Virus genome (UHGV): UHGV-0375936
Reading direction: 5' to 3' (one strand)
Source: a virus
Length of the DNA: 64,000 bases
The notes under the pieces: generated by a model
What the model was told of the DNA's origin: nothing
What the model saw: only the letters and a program-made list of their open reading frames with translations
Database searches by the model: none
Program-made: the position numbers and the translations under genes
Part shown: positions 26,538 through 38,100 of the stretch, piece after piece
Position numbering within the stretch: position 1 is the first letter of the stretch
Layout of the letters: each line of letters begins with the position of its first letter

Positions 26538-29500
26538 ATGGCTGTCGTCCTAGACCCACACTTCAAAAAACCGGGGAATAAAATAACCGGTGAAGCGGTC
26601 GCCGTCATTGGTACGAAATACCGAATGTTGGTACCTGCCCACGCCCCTTTTTTCACCACATCCCTGGTGGTCAAGAGCGGCGGCAAAACACTGACCTTAG
26701 GCGACGATTACATTATTACACACCCGTACGAGACCGGTATGTTGCGCACAGCCTATCTCATTCACGGGATGATTTGGATTGTTAATGACAAATACAAATC
26801 GAATTTTACGGTAGATTACCACGCCGTTGGTTGTGGTCAGGCTACCCAACAACAGATTACCGCAGAACGCGAACTCAATAAAGATAAATACCCGACTACG
26901 TGTCAGTGGGACACCGTCATCGGGGACGTTTACTTTCCGCCGGTCGATATCCAGTTCGATTGGGAGAATTGGAAAGGTGAACTGGAATTAATGCAGGCTA
27001 TTGCTGGATTAGGCGATTCGTTAGGGGAAGTCGTGAGTCGACTTAACCCCATCGCACGCAATACCCTGGATTTAGAATACCGTGCTAACAGCAAGGTTAT
27101 CACTTCCGAGCAGTATGCCGCATACGACAATAAAGGTGGGTTCACCTACAACACTACCCGTCATCGTTATAGCTTGAGTTATAAAACTGCAACCTTTAAC
27201 GACTACGCCCTGTCAGTGAAACATAGAATTCCTGCTATTCTGCCAGACATGACGAAATTGAATCCAAACGAACAGATCGATTGGATGCTCTGTTATGCTA
27301 ACGGCGGGGCAAGTATTCTACGGCTGCAGCTAAAACAGCGCAAAATCTCACTGGTCTTAACGGTCGCTATTGGTAGCGGTTCAACAAACTACGATTATAC
27401 GTTAATCAACGGTTTAACTGACGATGAGTTAAAAAACGATATCGATTTTAGTGTAACCCGTCAACCCGGAAACGGTGTTTACGTCATCGTAGTAAAAACA
27501 AATAAACAGACCATGGATTACACATTCAACGTCGATACGCCGCCTGATGAGTTCTCGGCAGGGTATTCGAAAACGGATGTTGCTAAATGGTTGAAGTCTA
27601 AAACGAACATTAACCTGAACTGGTATGCTGGACAAAAAGATTATGTTCAAATTCGTTCTTTACCCGGCGCACCAGAACCTGACGTCGACAACGATGTTTA
27701 CCAGTTAATAGTTAAATACCATCAATTAGTTGAGCAGCTGTATCGTAACGCGCCTGCACACGAACACGTTACACGTAAGGACAACCCGCACACCGATACG
27801 TGGGGCCCGATCCGTGCGTTACAGCTGAATGGTATTGCGTCGGATGCCGCGTTAGCTTACGGGAAAACGAAACAACAGTTAACGGATTATGTTAATGCTA
27901 AGTACCCAACACAAGCAACGTTAACCGCACAGAAAAAACTGCTTCGTGAATCGGCGAACAAGAACGTTAACGGCACGATTACCACACTTCCGGGTTTTAC
28001 TTCGTTCACGACGGAAGTTGATCCGGTTTCGATGTCGAAATACGTGAGTCCTAGTTTTAGCGAAAGCTACGTTAGTAATGGTCACAGGTATCACGGTGCG
28101 CTTCGTTACACAGGAACGAAAAGCGGTTTCAGTGCTAACTTTAATGCGGTGCCTGCCAACCTGCAAGATATTGACTTTATTGTTACCGGACGTAAAACAG
28201 CGTCTGGTAACGAAGCTGTCGGTGCAGTTGGTTTGCGTTTCTACGAAAACCCCGGTAGTAACTCCGGTAAGTTTGTAGAGATTAACGGACAAATCTGGGC
28301 TGGTACCCTTACTATCAGTCTGACATTGAACGGTTACGGGAGTCCGTTACCGTCGGTGCGTTATATTTCTCAAGCCCCTAATCCGGCAATACCGGATGGA
28401 GATTTTACGCTACGTTTTCAACTGAAGCGTACAGGGAACGTGTTTGACGTCGTTATTACCGTAAACGGTAAAACGTATAGCGCCCGGATTAACTTCAATA
28501 ACATGGACGCTGCGTTAGAAGCATTAGAGAATCAGCACCACTTTAAATCGCTGATCAATAATGTTGCCGATGGCGTCAAAATTAGTTCGCAAAACAAAGG
28601 TAACACGGTTACCATTAAGAAAGCACCGGATGTCGTTGACGGAACTCGTTTAGGTGCCCAGTTTGTCGTTGATCCGAAATCCATTAAGTTTATTGGCCAA
28701 GGTTCAACTGATGTTAACGTAGGAAATAACCCCGTAACGTTCCAAGCAGGTACTAACCAGCTTATGTTGTATCCTGACGATCGTGGGTTACAGTGGCGTG
28801 GTAAAAAACTCTTAGACCCTACCACCGTGGCCCCGTATCTGCCAGGTAATACCGCAGGTGGTACCGGTTTATTCTACGCAAGCTCGACAACAACAGTTAC
28901 GATCACTGGTAGCGGGATAAAAGCTTCGCCGTTCGTAGCGACCTTTATTCTCCCTACCGCGACCGATACAACGGCTCTGGCAGCTTGGCAGTTGACCGAT
29001 GAGTTCGGTACTGCTGAAAACCTTGCAGCAACGCCAGCACTGATTGAAAAACTGGATGCGGAGTTCACCGGTAAGTTAGTTGCAGTTAAATCGTACATTA
29101 ACGACATGCAGCTTACCAGCTCGGTTACTATCGATAAGATTACCTTCGGTTTAGGTAATGTTGCGAATACGCCCGATGTCAATTTACCGATTTCTACAGC
29201 ACAGCGTGCGGAGTTAGATAAATACTCGCCTAAGGTTCACCAACACCCGTTTACCGCTTTTGGTACCGGGAACGCAACCACAGCGAAACGCGGTCTGATT
29301 AAATTTGGTCTGGATGTGGATGATGCGACTTTAGCACTCGATGGGAGTGTGGTAATGGCGCAGACTTCCCAGATTGAAAAATTGGAGAGTGCTGTCGGCG
29401 GCGTTGACTCGGAGGCACGTCTTGATATCATACGTTTTGGTGAGTCTGGTAACGACTTAATAGACGTTACGGTCAAAGACAAAATTCTGGTCACGCTTCC

Positions 29501-30860
29501 AGCTTCAACGTATTTTATCGGTGGCGAAACGTACACCGTACCGTTGATGACGATTAACGTTAGTGAACGTTTTCCGAAATTGAATACAGAGATCTACGCG
29601 GGGATTTTTGTTGATATTGTTGATAACAAAGCGAAGTATATTATCCACGACAGCTACAGTCAGGCCGAAACGGATACCATGACGCGTGTGGGGTTGATCG
29701 GCGTCAACGACCTTTCTGAGGTGTTCGTTACAGAGATGCGTAATGTCACACGGTTGGGTGATTTCCGTGAACTGAAAGATCATAAAGCCGATGACAACGC
29801 ACACATTCAGCGCTCCGCATCACGTGCAGCGCTTGGGTTAGCTAACTTAACCGTAGGTGCGCCTTGCTGGGCTTCTGGACTCCAGGCAGTAGTACGCGGT
29901 GAAGCAGATTGGCGTTATGTTGCCGGTGGACAGTATAAAGCTTTAGACGGGGTGAAATACGACCAGCTCGCATCCAAGTGGATTTTTGACGCGAAAGGGG
30001 TAAGCGATAACCTACACGGGTTTATCCACAACATGTTCCCAGCTTTTAAGAACGCAGGAATGCGGGTAAGTTGGGAAACAGAAAGCAACGCAAAAACCGG
30101 CACGGTGTTAGAAACTGTTTTAGGTTGTTGGAAAAACACCGACGGCGAGTTTATGCGGTTGTCGTTACTTATCACTCGTGGTTATCGTTTAACTGACAGC
30201 AACGGTGAGTATTGTTACGCAGGGTTCGGTTTGAACTTCGGTAGCGGGAAATCGGTAGTGTTAGGTTTCACACCAACGAAGCGTGTTACGCCTGCACCGT
30301 GGAATACGTTACAACCTGACGTAACGTTTACCCACACCCGTGCTGCAAATAACGCATTAACGTTTAACGCAACACTGACCTTAGCGGGCACTACGTATAC
30401 CGTCGTGGTGTTTTTATCTGCGACAGATAAATACGTAAGCTGCACGGCAGCAGGGGGAGCTACGCAGAAAATCCCTCTAACTGACCGTTTAACAGGGTTC
30501 AACCTCGCACCTATCGTTAACGATCCGTATACCCCTATTTACTACGGTTTAGGGGGACTTTATGAGGATGAGGTTCGTGCCAACATCCGTTCTACGGCAG
30601 ACAGCGCAACCGCGAATAAAGTCTACGGTACGTTGTTAGACTATATTAGCAACTATTCCTCATTAAATCGTGTGCGCGTTATGGAATTGAGCGGTGTCAG
30701 TTCAGACCCCGAAACGCTTAATGCGTTAGTGGCAACTGAATTTAATAACAACCTGGCGGATTACGCCGCGTTACCGATACCTTCTTATCTTAACAAGGAG
30801 CGCGTAATGTCGTTTATCGACACCAACAATAAAGTGCAGGCGGTAATCATTCGCGATTAA
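26538..30860 (+). CDS. tail-fibre-like protein (paralog 1 of 4)
   Basis: 1440 aa; N-terminal PFF...G..L.LG.DY domain shared with next three genes; T4 gp34/gp12-like repeat (NATTAKRGLIKFG). Confidence 0.65.
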   Translation: MAVVLDPHFKKPGNKITGEAVAVIGTKYRMLVPAHAPFFTTSLVVKSGGKTLTLGDDYIITHPYETGMLRTAYLIHGMIWIVNDKYKSNFTVDYHAVGCGQATQQQITAERELNKDKYPTTCQWDTVIGDVYFPPVDIQFDWENWKGELELMQAIAGLGDSLGEVVSRLNPIARNTLDLEYRANSKVITSEQYAAYDNKGGFTYNTTRHRYSLSYKTATFNDYALSVKHRIPAILPDMTKLNPNEQIDWMLCYANGGASILRLQLKQRKISLVLTVAIGSGSTNYDYTLINGLTDDELKNDIDFSVTRQPGNGVYVIVVKTNKQTMDYTFNVDTPPDEFSAGYSKTDVAKWLKSKTNINLNWYAGQKDYVQIRSLPGAPEPDVDNDVYQLIVKYHQLVEQLYRNAPAHEHVTRKDNPHTDTWGPIRALQLNGIASDAALAYGKTKQQLTDYVNAKYPTQATLTAQKKLLRESANKNVNGTITTLPGFTSFTTEVDPVSMSKYVSPSFSESYVSNGHRYHGALRYTGTKSGFSANFNAVPANLQDIDFIVTGRKTASGNEAVGAVGLRFYENPGSNSGKFVEINGQIWAGTLTISLTLNGYGSPLPSVRYISQAPNPAIPDGDFTLRFQLKRTGNVFDVVITVNGKTYSARINFNNMDAALEALENQHHFKSLINNVADGVKISSQNKGNTVTIKKAPDVVDGTRLGAQFVVDPKSIKFIGQGSTDVNVGNNPVTFQAGTNQLMLYPDDRGLQWRGKKLLDPTTVAPYLPGNTAGGTGLFYASSTTTVTITGSGIKASPFVATFILPTATDTTALAAWQLTDEFGTAENLAATPALIEKLDAEFTGKLVAVKSYINDMQLTSSVTIDKITFGLGNVANTPDVNLPISTAQRAELDKYSPKVHQHPFTAFGTGNATTAKRGLIKFGLDVDDATLALDGSVVMAQTSQIEKLESAVGGVDSEARLDIIRFGESGNDLIDVTVKDKILVTLPASTYFIGGETYTVPLMTINVSERFPKLNTEIYAGIFVDIVDNKAKYIIHDSYSQAETDTMTRVGLIGVNDLSEVFVTEMRNVTRLGDFRELKDHKADDNAHIQRSASRAALGLANLTVGAPCWASGLQAVVRGEADWRYVAGGQYKALDGVKYDQLASKWIFDAKGVSDNLHGFIHNMFPAFKNAGMRVSWETESNAKTGTVLETVLGCWKNTDGEFMRLSLLITRGYRLTDSNGEYCYAGFGLNFGSGKSVVLGFTPTKRVTPAPWNTLQPDVTFTHTRAANNALTFNATLTLAGTTYTVVVFLSATDKYVSCTAAGGATQKIPLTDRLTGFNLAPIVNDPYTPIYYGLGGLYEDEVRANIRSTADSATANKVYGTLLDYISNYSSLNRVRVMELSGVSSDPETLNALVATEFNNNLADYAALPIPSYLNKERVMSFIDTNNKVQAVIIRD

Positions 30861-30873
30861 GGAGAATTTTTTG

Positions 30874-33800
30874 ATGAAAGCGTATCCTTACGATCCTCGG
30901 GGGACGAAAGCCGAGAATCACTTCTTAGAGGAGCGTATCATCGGGTCAGAGAACAACAACGATCGGGTGGTGATTTTAGACCACCGCCCGTTCTTTGAAG
31001 ATTTGGTCGTCAGACAACCAGGTTCAACCACCCCACTGAGTCGTGGGGTGGACTACGAACTGCAATATCAGCTGACGGAACTGGATGACTCGGTAGCAGC
31101 CAACGTGTATTGTGGGGTACACCTTATCAACCCATCCATCAAAGGCATCGTAACCTTTGAAGGACAAATGCTCGGCGGTACGTTCTACGACCCGTTTGTT
31201 GATATTCTCGATGAACTGGTGAAATATTTGAATAACCCTGTCAGTGCTGACTGGTTGTTATTAGACGGTAGACCATCGTTATATCCAGCGACGCCAGCAG
31301 CAACGTCCTGGGCGGATTTGCTGAACAAAAAATATTTAGCGTCGGCAGTTCACGATATTGAATTGAAAACCGACGACGCTAACCAGTTAATTAAAGACAA
31401 ATTAGCTGAAGTTAAAGCGTTAGTGACTGCGTTGGGTAAAGAAATCGAAGCATTTAACTACCCGGCACATATCGCGGAAACCAACCCACACAAAACCACA
31501 TCCGCGCAGATTAACGCGCATCCTGTTAACTTGAAAACACCCGACACCTTTATGGCGTACGGGTTAAAGTTGAAAGCGCTGACGGATGAGCTGAAAGCGT
31601 TTCGTTTACCCCAGTCAGTTATCGACACGTATATCTCTCACTGGATTTCTTCGGAAGTACGTGGCGTGTTTAACTGTACGGTGTCAGGAAACCGCGCACA
31701 GTTCCGTTCGAAAAACGGTGAGTCAGAAATCATTTTTGCCAACGATGGTTTTACGTTAAAATCCAACGGTTCTGTGGTATTAGCGGTAGGGCATCTGGAA
31801 GGTACGGGTGCAGGACGTTACATTAATTGGCGTGCCGGTAAAAACACATTACGCATCGAGTCAACAGGCGATGCTTTAGGGATGAACAAACTCACCCTGA
31901 ACGGTAACCCGTTACTGACTACCACGGCGTTGATGGAATACCAACAAGATCCAGATGCGGGTTCTGGTGGCGGTGGCGACCCTGATGACTCGAAGGTGTA
32001 CATTGAAGGCCGTAATGGGATTAGCTTTACCGGTAAAGGTTCTCGCGCCGACCCTATCGTGGGGACTATCGACCCAACAAAAGCGACAACCGCCGAAAAA
32101 GGCGTCGCTAAACTTAAAACAGGTAAAGGTACAGAAACGACTGGGGTTGCTGCAACTCCGGCTTCGTTAGCACCATACTCGACTGACCTATCGGGGTATG
32201 TGGCTAAAACGACCATGATTAACGGTAAGCCGATGAACGACGGCTCCAGGACAATCACGAAAGCTGATCTGGGGTTAGGGCAAGCGAATAACACCGCAGA
32301 CGTTGACAAACCGTTGTCTACCGAGTTAAATGCGGCGCTTAGCGGCTTAGCGGATGCAGGCCACCACCACGATTGGTCGGAACTCGGCATTTATAAAGCC
32401 TCGCAATCCGTTTACGGTATCGGTCGTTACGCAACTAACCAGAACGGTTTGGTTGAAAACCGTGCGGTAGTACCGAACATCTTAAAAGAACTTTCGGCGC
32501 GTTTAGATGTGGTTGCTGCGGCGATTGCAAACGCGAAAGAAGGATCGGTAACGGATTTCGCTGCGGTAAAAGGCGCAGAGTGGCGCTTTAATAGTCAGGG
32601 TACGGCAATCTCCGTTCAAGATTTGAAGTATTTCTATTTGCTGAACGGTACGAAAGCTGATAGCACCGTTACAGGTTCGATTGACCTGCAAACTACGCCG
32701 ATGTTTAACTGGTTCTCACCGAACAACCAAATTGAGACGACTTGGCCTACGGGGAAAGTGAGCGCTGGTAAGGGTATTAACTGGACAGGTATTGAAGAAC
32801 CACCACTAATGGGTTTCCAATCTGTTCCGGTAGGTAAAACTGCCTCACAGATGGGTGACCAGTCAGTTGTTACTGTGTTGGCCAAAACGCGGGTAAGGGC
32901 ACACCAGTCGAAGCTTTGGGTTTATGCCGCAGGGGGTGGTCCGGTTACAGTTTACATTAACGGTATCCAGGCAGCCACAGGCCAGTCTCCACTCGTTGCA
33001 GTGCATGAAACATCAGCAGACGTTGAAAACTACACCGTAGCGGTTAAAGCTGAGTGTAGCGACACAGCTAAATCCGCAGCGGTGCAATTCGAAATTTACG
33101 ACGGTGACTACCCCGTTTATTTCAGTGGCCCTGAAACGCGCGTAGAGCTTCTCCAAGAGTTTGTTACAACACACGTAGGGATTCGTCATTATCTGTACGT
33201 TAACATGCTCACAAGCTCTCTGTATTCGCGTACTGAGCCAATTCAGAGTGTTGCAGTTGATCCTGAGCGCGGTTATATCGGCTACGTTGATATTGTTGCC
33301 GGTGAGTCTTACGCGAATAAGAGCGTGAGTTTTGAAACCACGTTTGATTTCGGGAAAAGTGCCGAGGTTAGTGAACACATTGACACACGCAAAGCACACG
33401 GACTCAGCTCTGTAGACTGGACGTTAACGGATAACCCACGTTTCCCGTTATTAAATCGTGCGATTGCAGAGCCGAGAACGTGTATTTTTAGAAAAACGTT
33501 AACGGCCGGTACTGGTGACGTTTTTCATCTCGTGAGTCGTGGTCTTTATACTTACGCACATAACCAAAACGTGAAGTCCAGTCTTCAATACGTTGTGATA
33601 CCTGAAGGTGCTACACCGTATTGCTGGTTTACGCCGTTTAACCCGAAAGAAAACAACGCACCGACGTTCGAAGGTTCGTTTGTGTTCGACGTTGACGACG
33701 TCGGTGGAACACAAGCGCTCACGGCTGCACCGGATTTGGTGCTGTGTACGTCAACACAAGGTAGCAGCGTTAAACGTCGTTACGTACGTATTGACCTAAC

Positions 33801-35055
33801 TGCCAAAGCGTGTAAGCTGGGGATTGGTTCTCGTTCAGATTCTGCGGTTACGGATATCCCGTTAGTGATGGAGGAATCTGGGGAAACGGCGGTGGCGGCA
33901 ACGTTTAAGGATGTGTTGTTCAACGGCGAGGAAACCAACGCAGCGATACTCGACTTGATAGGCTGGGGTCCAAATAAAGACAAAATCTCTGCAAACCACG
34001 CGCCACGAGGTATGATTCGTTATCGTTACAACGTAAACACTCGGGTATTACGTTTAGCACTATCGTTCTCACAGTTCGGAACGACAACAGTTAAGCACCG
34101 CCAGTTGGAAATTGAATTTCCGTTTGATTTGGTGGATTACTTCACCGGTGACGGTGTAGGATTGTCGTTTAAAGAACTGTCTGCGAAATGCCGTGTAACG
34201 ATTAGCCACGCACTGATTGATCCGGTTACGACTAAAATCGATATTGATAAGTATCATTACCTACGCTCGTTATTTGAGTCGTATTTGGATGCATCTGTTG
34301 GTTATTTGGCTGATACCAAAGACGCCGACTTTAACCAGTCTGTGATTGACCCTGCGACTTATGAGATTAATCAGAAATACCGCGTTACCGAAAGCATTGC
34401 GCTGCCGACCGGTCAGGGAAGTGTTGCTGTTTCCCATGACGGTCAGTTACCTGCACAGTTCTTTGACCGTAAGCTGTCTCGCGGTGCTTTGATGGCCAAG
34501 AAAGGTGAACTTCATACTTCCTGGAACAATGAGTGGAGTACATCCAAAGCTGCCGCAAACCGGTATCGACATAAACTCATTCTGCGCTTTGCACAAGGTG
34601 CTGATAAACAACAGTACCGTGTTGCAAAAGTGACAGGAACGGTGAAGTGTAACTGGCCGGGCAAGGTGATTATCGGTGATGCTGGGAAGGACGCGTATGT
34701 ATCAGCTATCGATAGCGTGCCGTTTGCGCTTTCGACCAGCGCGGACACAGGTAAAGCAGTTACCCTTACGCCAAAGGATCTACGTGTAGGGCAGGACATT
34801 TATATTGTCTTAGAACCACCAGGCAATAATCCAGAAGGCTACGAGCTTAACTTTACCTGTTCGTTAGATGTCACTGACGAGAAAGGTGTCCGTCAAGACC
34901 AGCTCAATGCGCAGAGTTTCGAACTCCGTAGCGGCGAAAGTCAGTTCTTAATGGAGAAACGCAATCCGTACCACATCACGAGTAAAGCGTGGAAGTGGAT
35001 TCTGGCTGTACTGAAACGAGAACTTAACGGGAAGCAGTTAGGGGATCGTACTTAG
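30874..35055 (+). CDS. tail-fibre-like protein (paralog 2 of 4)
   Basis: 1394 aa from ATG after AAGGAGAA; shared N-terminal domain; repeat ATTAEKGVAKLKTGKGTETTGVAATPASL. Confidence 0.65.
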   Translation: MKAYPYDPRGTKAENHFLEERIIGSENNNDRVVILDHRPFFEDLVVRQPGSTTPLSRGVDYELQYQLTELDDSVAANVYCGVHLINPSIKGIVTFEGQMLGGTFYDPFVDILDELVKYLNNPVSADWLLLDGRPSLYPATPAATSWADLLNKKYLASAVHDIELKTDDANQLIKDKLAEVKALVTALGKEIEAFNYPAHIAETNPHKTTSAQINAHPVNLKTPDTFMAYGLKLKALTDELKAFRLPQSVIDTYISHWISSEVRGVFNCTVSGNRAQFRSKNGESEIIFANDGFTLKSNGSVVLAVGHLEGTGAGRYINWRAGKNTLRIESTGDALGMNKLTLNGNPLLTTTALMEYQQDPDAGSGGGGDPDDSKVYIEGRNGISFTGKGSRADPIVGTIDPTKATTAEKGVAKLKTGKGTETTGVAATPASLAPYSTDLSGYVAKTTMINGKPMNDGSRTITKADLGLGQANNTADVDKPLSTELNAALSGLADAGHHHDWSELGIYKASQSVYGIGRYATNQNGLVENRAVVPNILKELSARLDVVAAAIANAKEGSVTDFAAVKGAEWRFNSQGTAISVQDLKYFYLLNGTKADSTVTGSIDLQTTPMFNWFSPNNQIETTWPTGKVSAGKGINWTGIEEPPLMGFQSVPVGKTASQMGDQSVVTVLAKTRVRAHQSKLWVYAAGGGPVTVYINGIQAATGQSPLVAVHETSADVENYTVAVKAECSDTAKSAAVQFEIYDGDYPVYFSGPETRVELLQEFVTTHVGIRHYLYVNMLTSSLYSRTEPIQSVAVDPERGYIGYVDIVAGESYANKSVSFETTFDFGKSAEVSEHIDTRKAHGLSSVDWTLTDNPRFPLLNRAIAEPRTCIFRKTLTAGTGDVFHLVSRGLYTYAHNQNVKSSLQYVVIPEGATPYCWFTPFNPKENNAPTFEGSFVFDVDDVGGTQALTAAPDLVLCTSTQGSSVKRRYVRIDLTAKACKLGIGSRSDSAVTDIPLVMEESGETAVAATFKDVLFNGEETNAAILDLIGWGPNKDKISANHAPRGMIRYRYNVNTRVLRLALSFSQFGTTTVKHRQLEIEFPFDLVDYFTGDGVGLSFKELSAKCRVTISHALIDPVTTKIDIDKYHYLRSLFESYLDASVGYLADTKDADFNQSVIDPATYEINQKYRVTESIALPTGQGSVAVSHDGQLPAQFFDRKLSRGALMAKKGELHTSWNNEWSTSKAAANRYRHKLILRFAQGADKQQYRVAKVTGTVKCNWPGKVIIGDAGKDAYVSAIDSVPFALSTSADTGKAVTLTPKDLRVGQDIYIVLEPPGNNPEGYELNFTCSLDVTDEKGVRQDQLNAQSFELRSGESQFLMEKRNPYHITSKAWKWILAVLKRELNGKQLGDRT

Positions 35056-35093
35056 GACAGACTGCCTGCGGGCAGTTGTGTGTCCGTAGGTAA

Positions 35094-35130
35094 CCCCTCC
35101 CTGTAATGGGGAGGGGTATCCATTTTATTT
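35094..35130 (+). terminator. intergenic hairpin / possible attenuator
   Basis: CCCCTCCC-TGTAAT-GGGAGGGG hairpin with T-rich tail between fibre genes 2 and 3. Confidence 0.45.
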
Positions 35131-35149
35131 AAAAGTAGGAGTCTTTACG

Positions 35150-38100
35150 ATGCCGAGAGAAGACGCGGCGCAGTTTAACGGTACGCTAAGCACAACGACG
35201 TACCCTAACCGATTTAACGTGGTCATTCCGCCTGAAGGACCTTTTTATCGTATCGGATTAAAACTCACAGTAGCCGACGATACCGCGCCTAACGGACGTC
35301 GTACTCTGATTGAGGGGTTGGACTACTATTTAGGCTATTACTTTAAAGAACTCGCAGAAGCTGAACAAGATCAGATTTATGGCGGGTTTATGTTGCTTAC
35401 TGCAACAGAAATCGAATATGAGATTTTAGGGGTAGCACGTCAATACCGTGTACCGCAATCTGAAATCGGGAAGTTCTTAGTTCGTACTGACCTGAAAGAC
35501 CCACGTAACGTGGACTGGTCAGAGTTAATGGCGTATGCGCCAGTTATTCAACCTATCGATCCCCCTGCTAACTTAGAAGAAGCTATCCTGAGGGATGAGG
35601 TTGTTAAAGCGTTAAACGATATCCGTAAGAAAATCATTCAACGTTCAACAGAGTTAGATGCAGCGTTTACCGAAGTCACTAACCTGATTTACGAGAACGG
35701 TAAAAAGATTTTCGATGAAGAACTATACCAACACCACCTTAATCCTAACGCTCACCAGTATACGACCACTGATGTTGGTGCTCTTCCGGTTTTGGGACGT
35801 GCTGTTGACGCGACAAAAGCGTTTGGACTGACGATTGACCAGCTGGCTACGCTGATGGGTTCGGCGGGTATTGAGCAATCAGACGTTGATCAGTTAATAG
35901 GTGAAGCCCTCGGCACTGTTTACGGTCGTTGGGGCAGCACGAACGGTAACGAACTGACGTTTAAAACCGCAGGCGGACACATCATCAGTATCCGTGGTGA
36001 TAAGTGGTTAATTACCTCACCGCAACCGTTGGTGATTAAAGCAGACCAGGACAACAACGAATCGGGTTTGGCGGTTGAATTTAGTGCGGGGCTGAATACG
36101 CTTTGGGTACACTCTGGGACAGAACAAGATGTATTAGCGCCGGTTTACAACTCTGTGTATTTGGTTACACCAGAAATGGTGAACATGTACCTTACGTCTG
36201 TAACGTTACTTGAAGCAAATGCCTATTTCAAACCATCAGACACCGTAAAACCATACGGTACAGCGAAGCAGTCTAATCCGCTAACGTTGAACGCGAATAT
36301 CCCCACAGCAACCGAGTCGGTTTATGGGGTGTTTTCGATTACGAATATCGCAACCTCCGTAGCACTAGGCACTGCTATTTCCCAAAAGGCGGTGACCGAA
36401 TTAAAAGACCGGTTAGACTTGTACGTTGACGATGACTACACGGTTAACGGTAAAGGGTTTGTTAAGACAGGCGATAAAATGGTGTTAACCTTAACGAAAA
36501 CCGATTTCGGTATCGATAAGATGGATAACACCACGCCGATCGCTAAACCGGTAACAAAAGCGTTAGCGAATGTGCTGAAAAATAAAAGTTTGAAGGTGCA
36601 TACGCACACTACCGCCGATTTGGATAATGTCCCGATTGGTAGTGCGACCGTGGATGGTATCTTACAGCTGTGGGATGCGATTGATACCACGAATGATAAA
36701 GCCGTCACATCACGCCAAGGGTGGTTGTTCGCAAAAGAGATTAAGAAGGTCTCTGATAAACTGAATACCCTCTTGCCCGCATGGACAACGTCCGGGAGCA
36801 AATACACCAATAATTCGATATTGCCGATCTTGTCGATGGGTAATTACGAAGGTTATGGTAAAAACATGGATGCGCTCCAGATGGTTATAGGGGTACAACA
36901 AGGTAAGCTTTATGCTTTAATTAGTTCTAAATCTGCCCTTCCGGGAACTGAGGGTATTTATTACGCTGTTGCTGGGTTAAAAAACGACAAAAGTCTCGGT
37001 GAAATTTACAAAACAACTTTCCGTTATAAGCCGAAAGGGTTAGAGACGAATTATCCGGGGGTGGAACTAAAAGAAATTACCGTTACTGGCACCGAAGCAT
37101 TTATAGCGAAGGGCAGCGACGATAATTATTATTTAGTTAAACTGAACGGTTCAATGGATTACACCAAACATACCGATGTCAGGTTGGTAACTTTCTCAGA
37201 ATTTGTTTCAGAAACAACATGGGAATTTGTGCCGAATATGTTCATGGATCGTGTGGTCATAGCCGATAACGGCGTCTATGTTTTGCGTACGATGCTAATG
37301 GCCGATCTGAAAAACAATAGTCTGGTGGACTACATTAAGGATACTCCGCAACCTATGTTCCGTGTTGGGTTATTGCGACTTAATAAAACCGATCGGTTTG
37401 AACAGGTTGATTTAAGCTCTACACGAAAAATCGGTAAGTGTGCCGATTTGGTTGAACCTGGCGCGTTCGATGTAGATAATCCGAATACGAAGCGTCTTGC
37501 CTACTTCACTGCGGAAGGCAAAGCGTTGTGGACAGTGAATTTACAATTAACTAGAGGGGTGTCAAGATGGATAACGCCCGTTGTTAAGGACGGTCACTTG
37601 TTAACCGTCGGCGTGTCTGGCGTTTGTCTTGGTTTTTCTTCAACGAAAGGTACCACATTCGGGCCATGGAATGGTGCTTATCGTCTCGACCTATTAACCG
37701 GGGAGGTTGGGTTAGAGACAACTAACATCTTCCCAATCAAAATCGATACTACAGGTTGCTACTTAAAAGACGGAACAAAAATAGAGCTGAAATGGAAATG
37801 GGCTACTCGAAGTTCTGGCTATATGGCCGACAATAGAATCTGTGTCGGTGATATGGTTTATTCTTGCTGCTGTTCGACAGAAAAACAACTTGCACCGTCT
37901 CTCCATTACCAGAAACTCCCAGAAGGAGTTAGTTATCTGGACTATGTTAAGTTGAGTGCGGGGTATGAGGGGCAATCTACGTTTGAAAATCGGATAAACC
38001 CTGTGGTGGGTTCGGTGTGGAAACCGTCTATGACCTTCCCATTGTTCTTCCCAGGAACAAACAAAGTATGGCTTAAACATCAAAAAACGGCTTATTTCAT

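Noticed and set aside
31818-32390. 190-aa minus-strand ORF inside tail-fibre gene 2, and similar antisense ORFs within the fibre genes
   Set aside because: Embedded antisense in very long, well-supported plus-strand genes; no independent start signals
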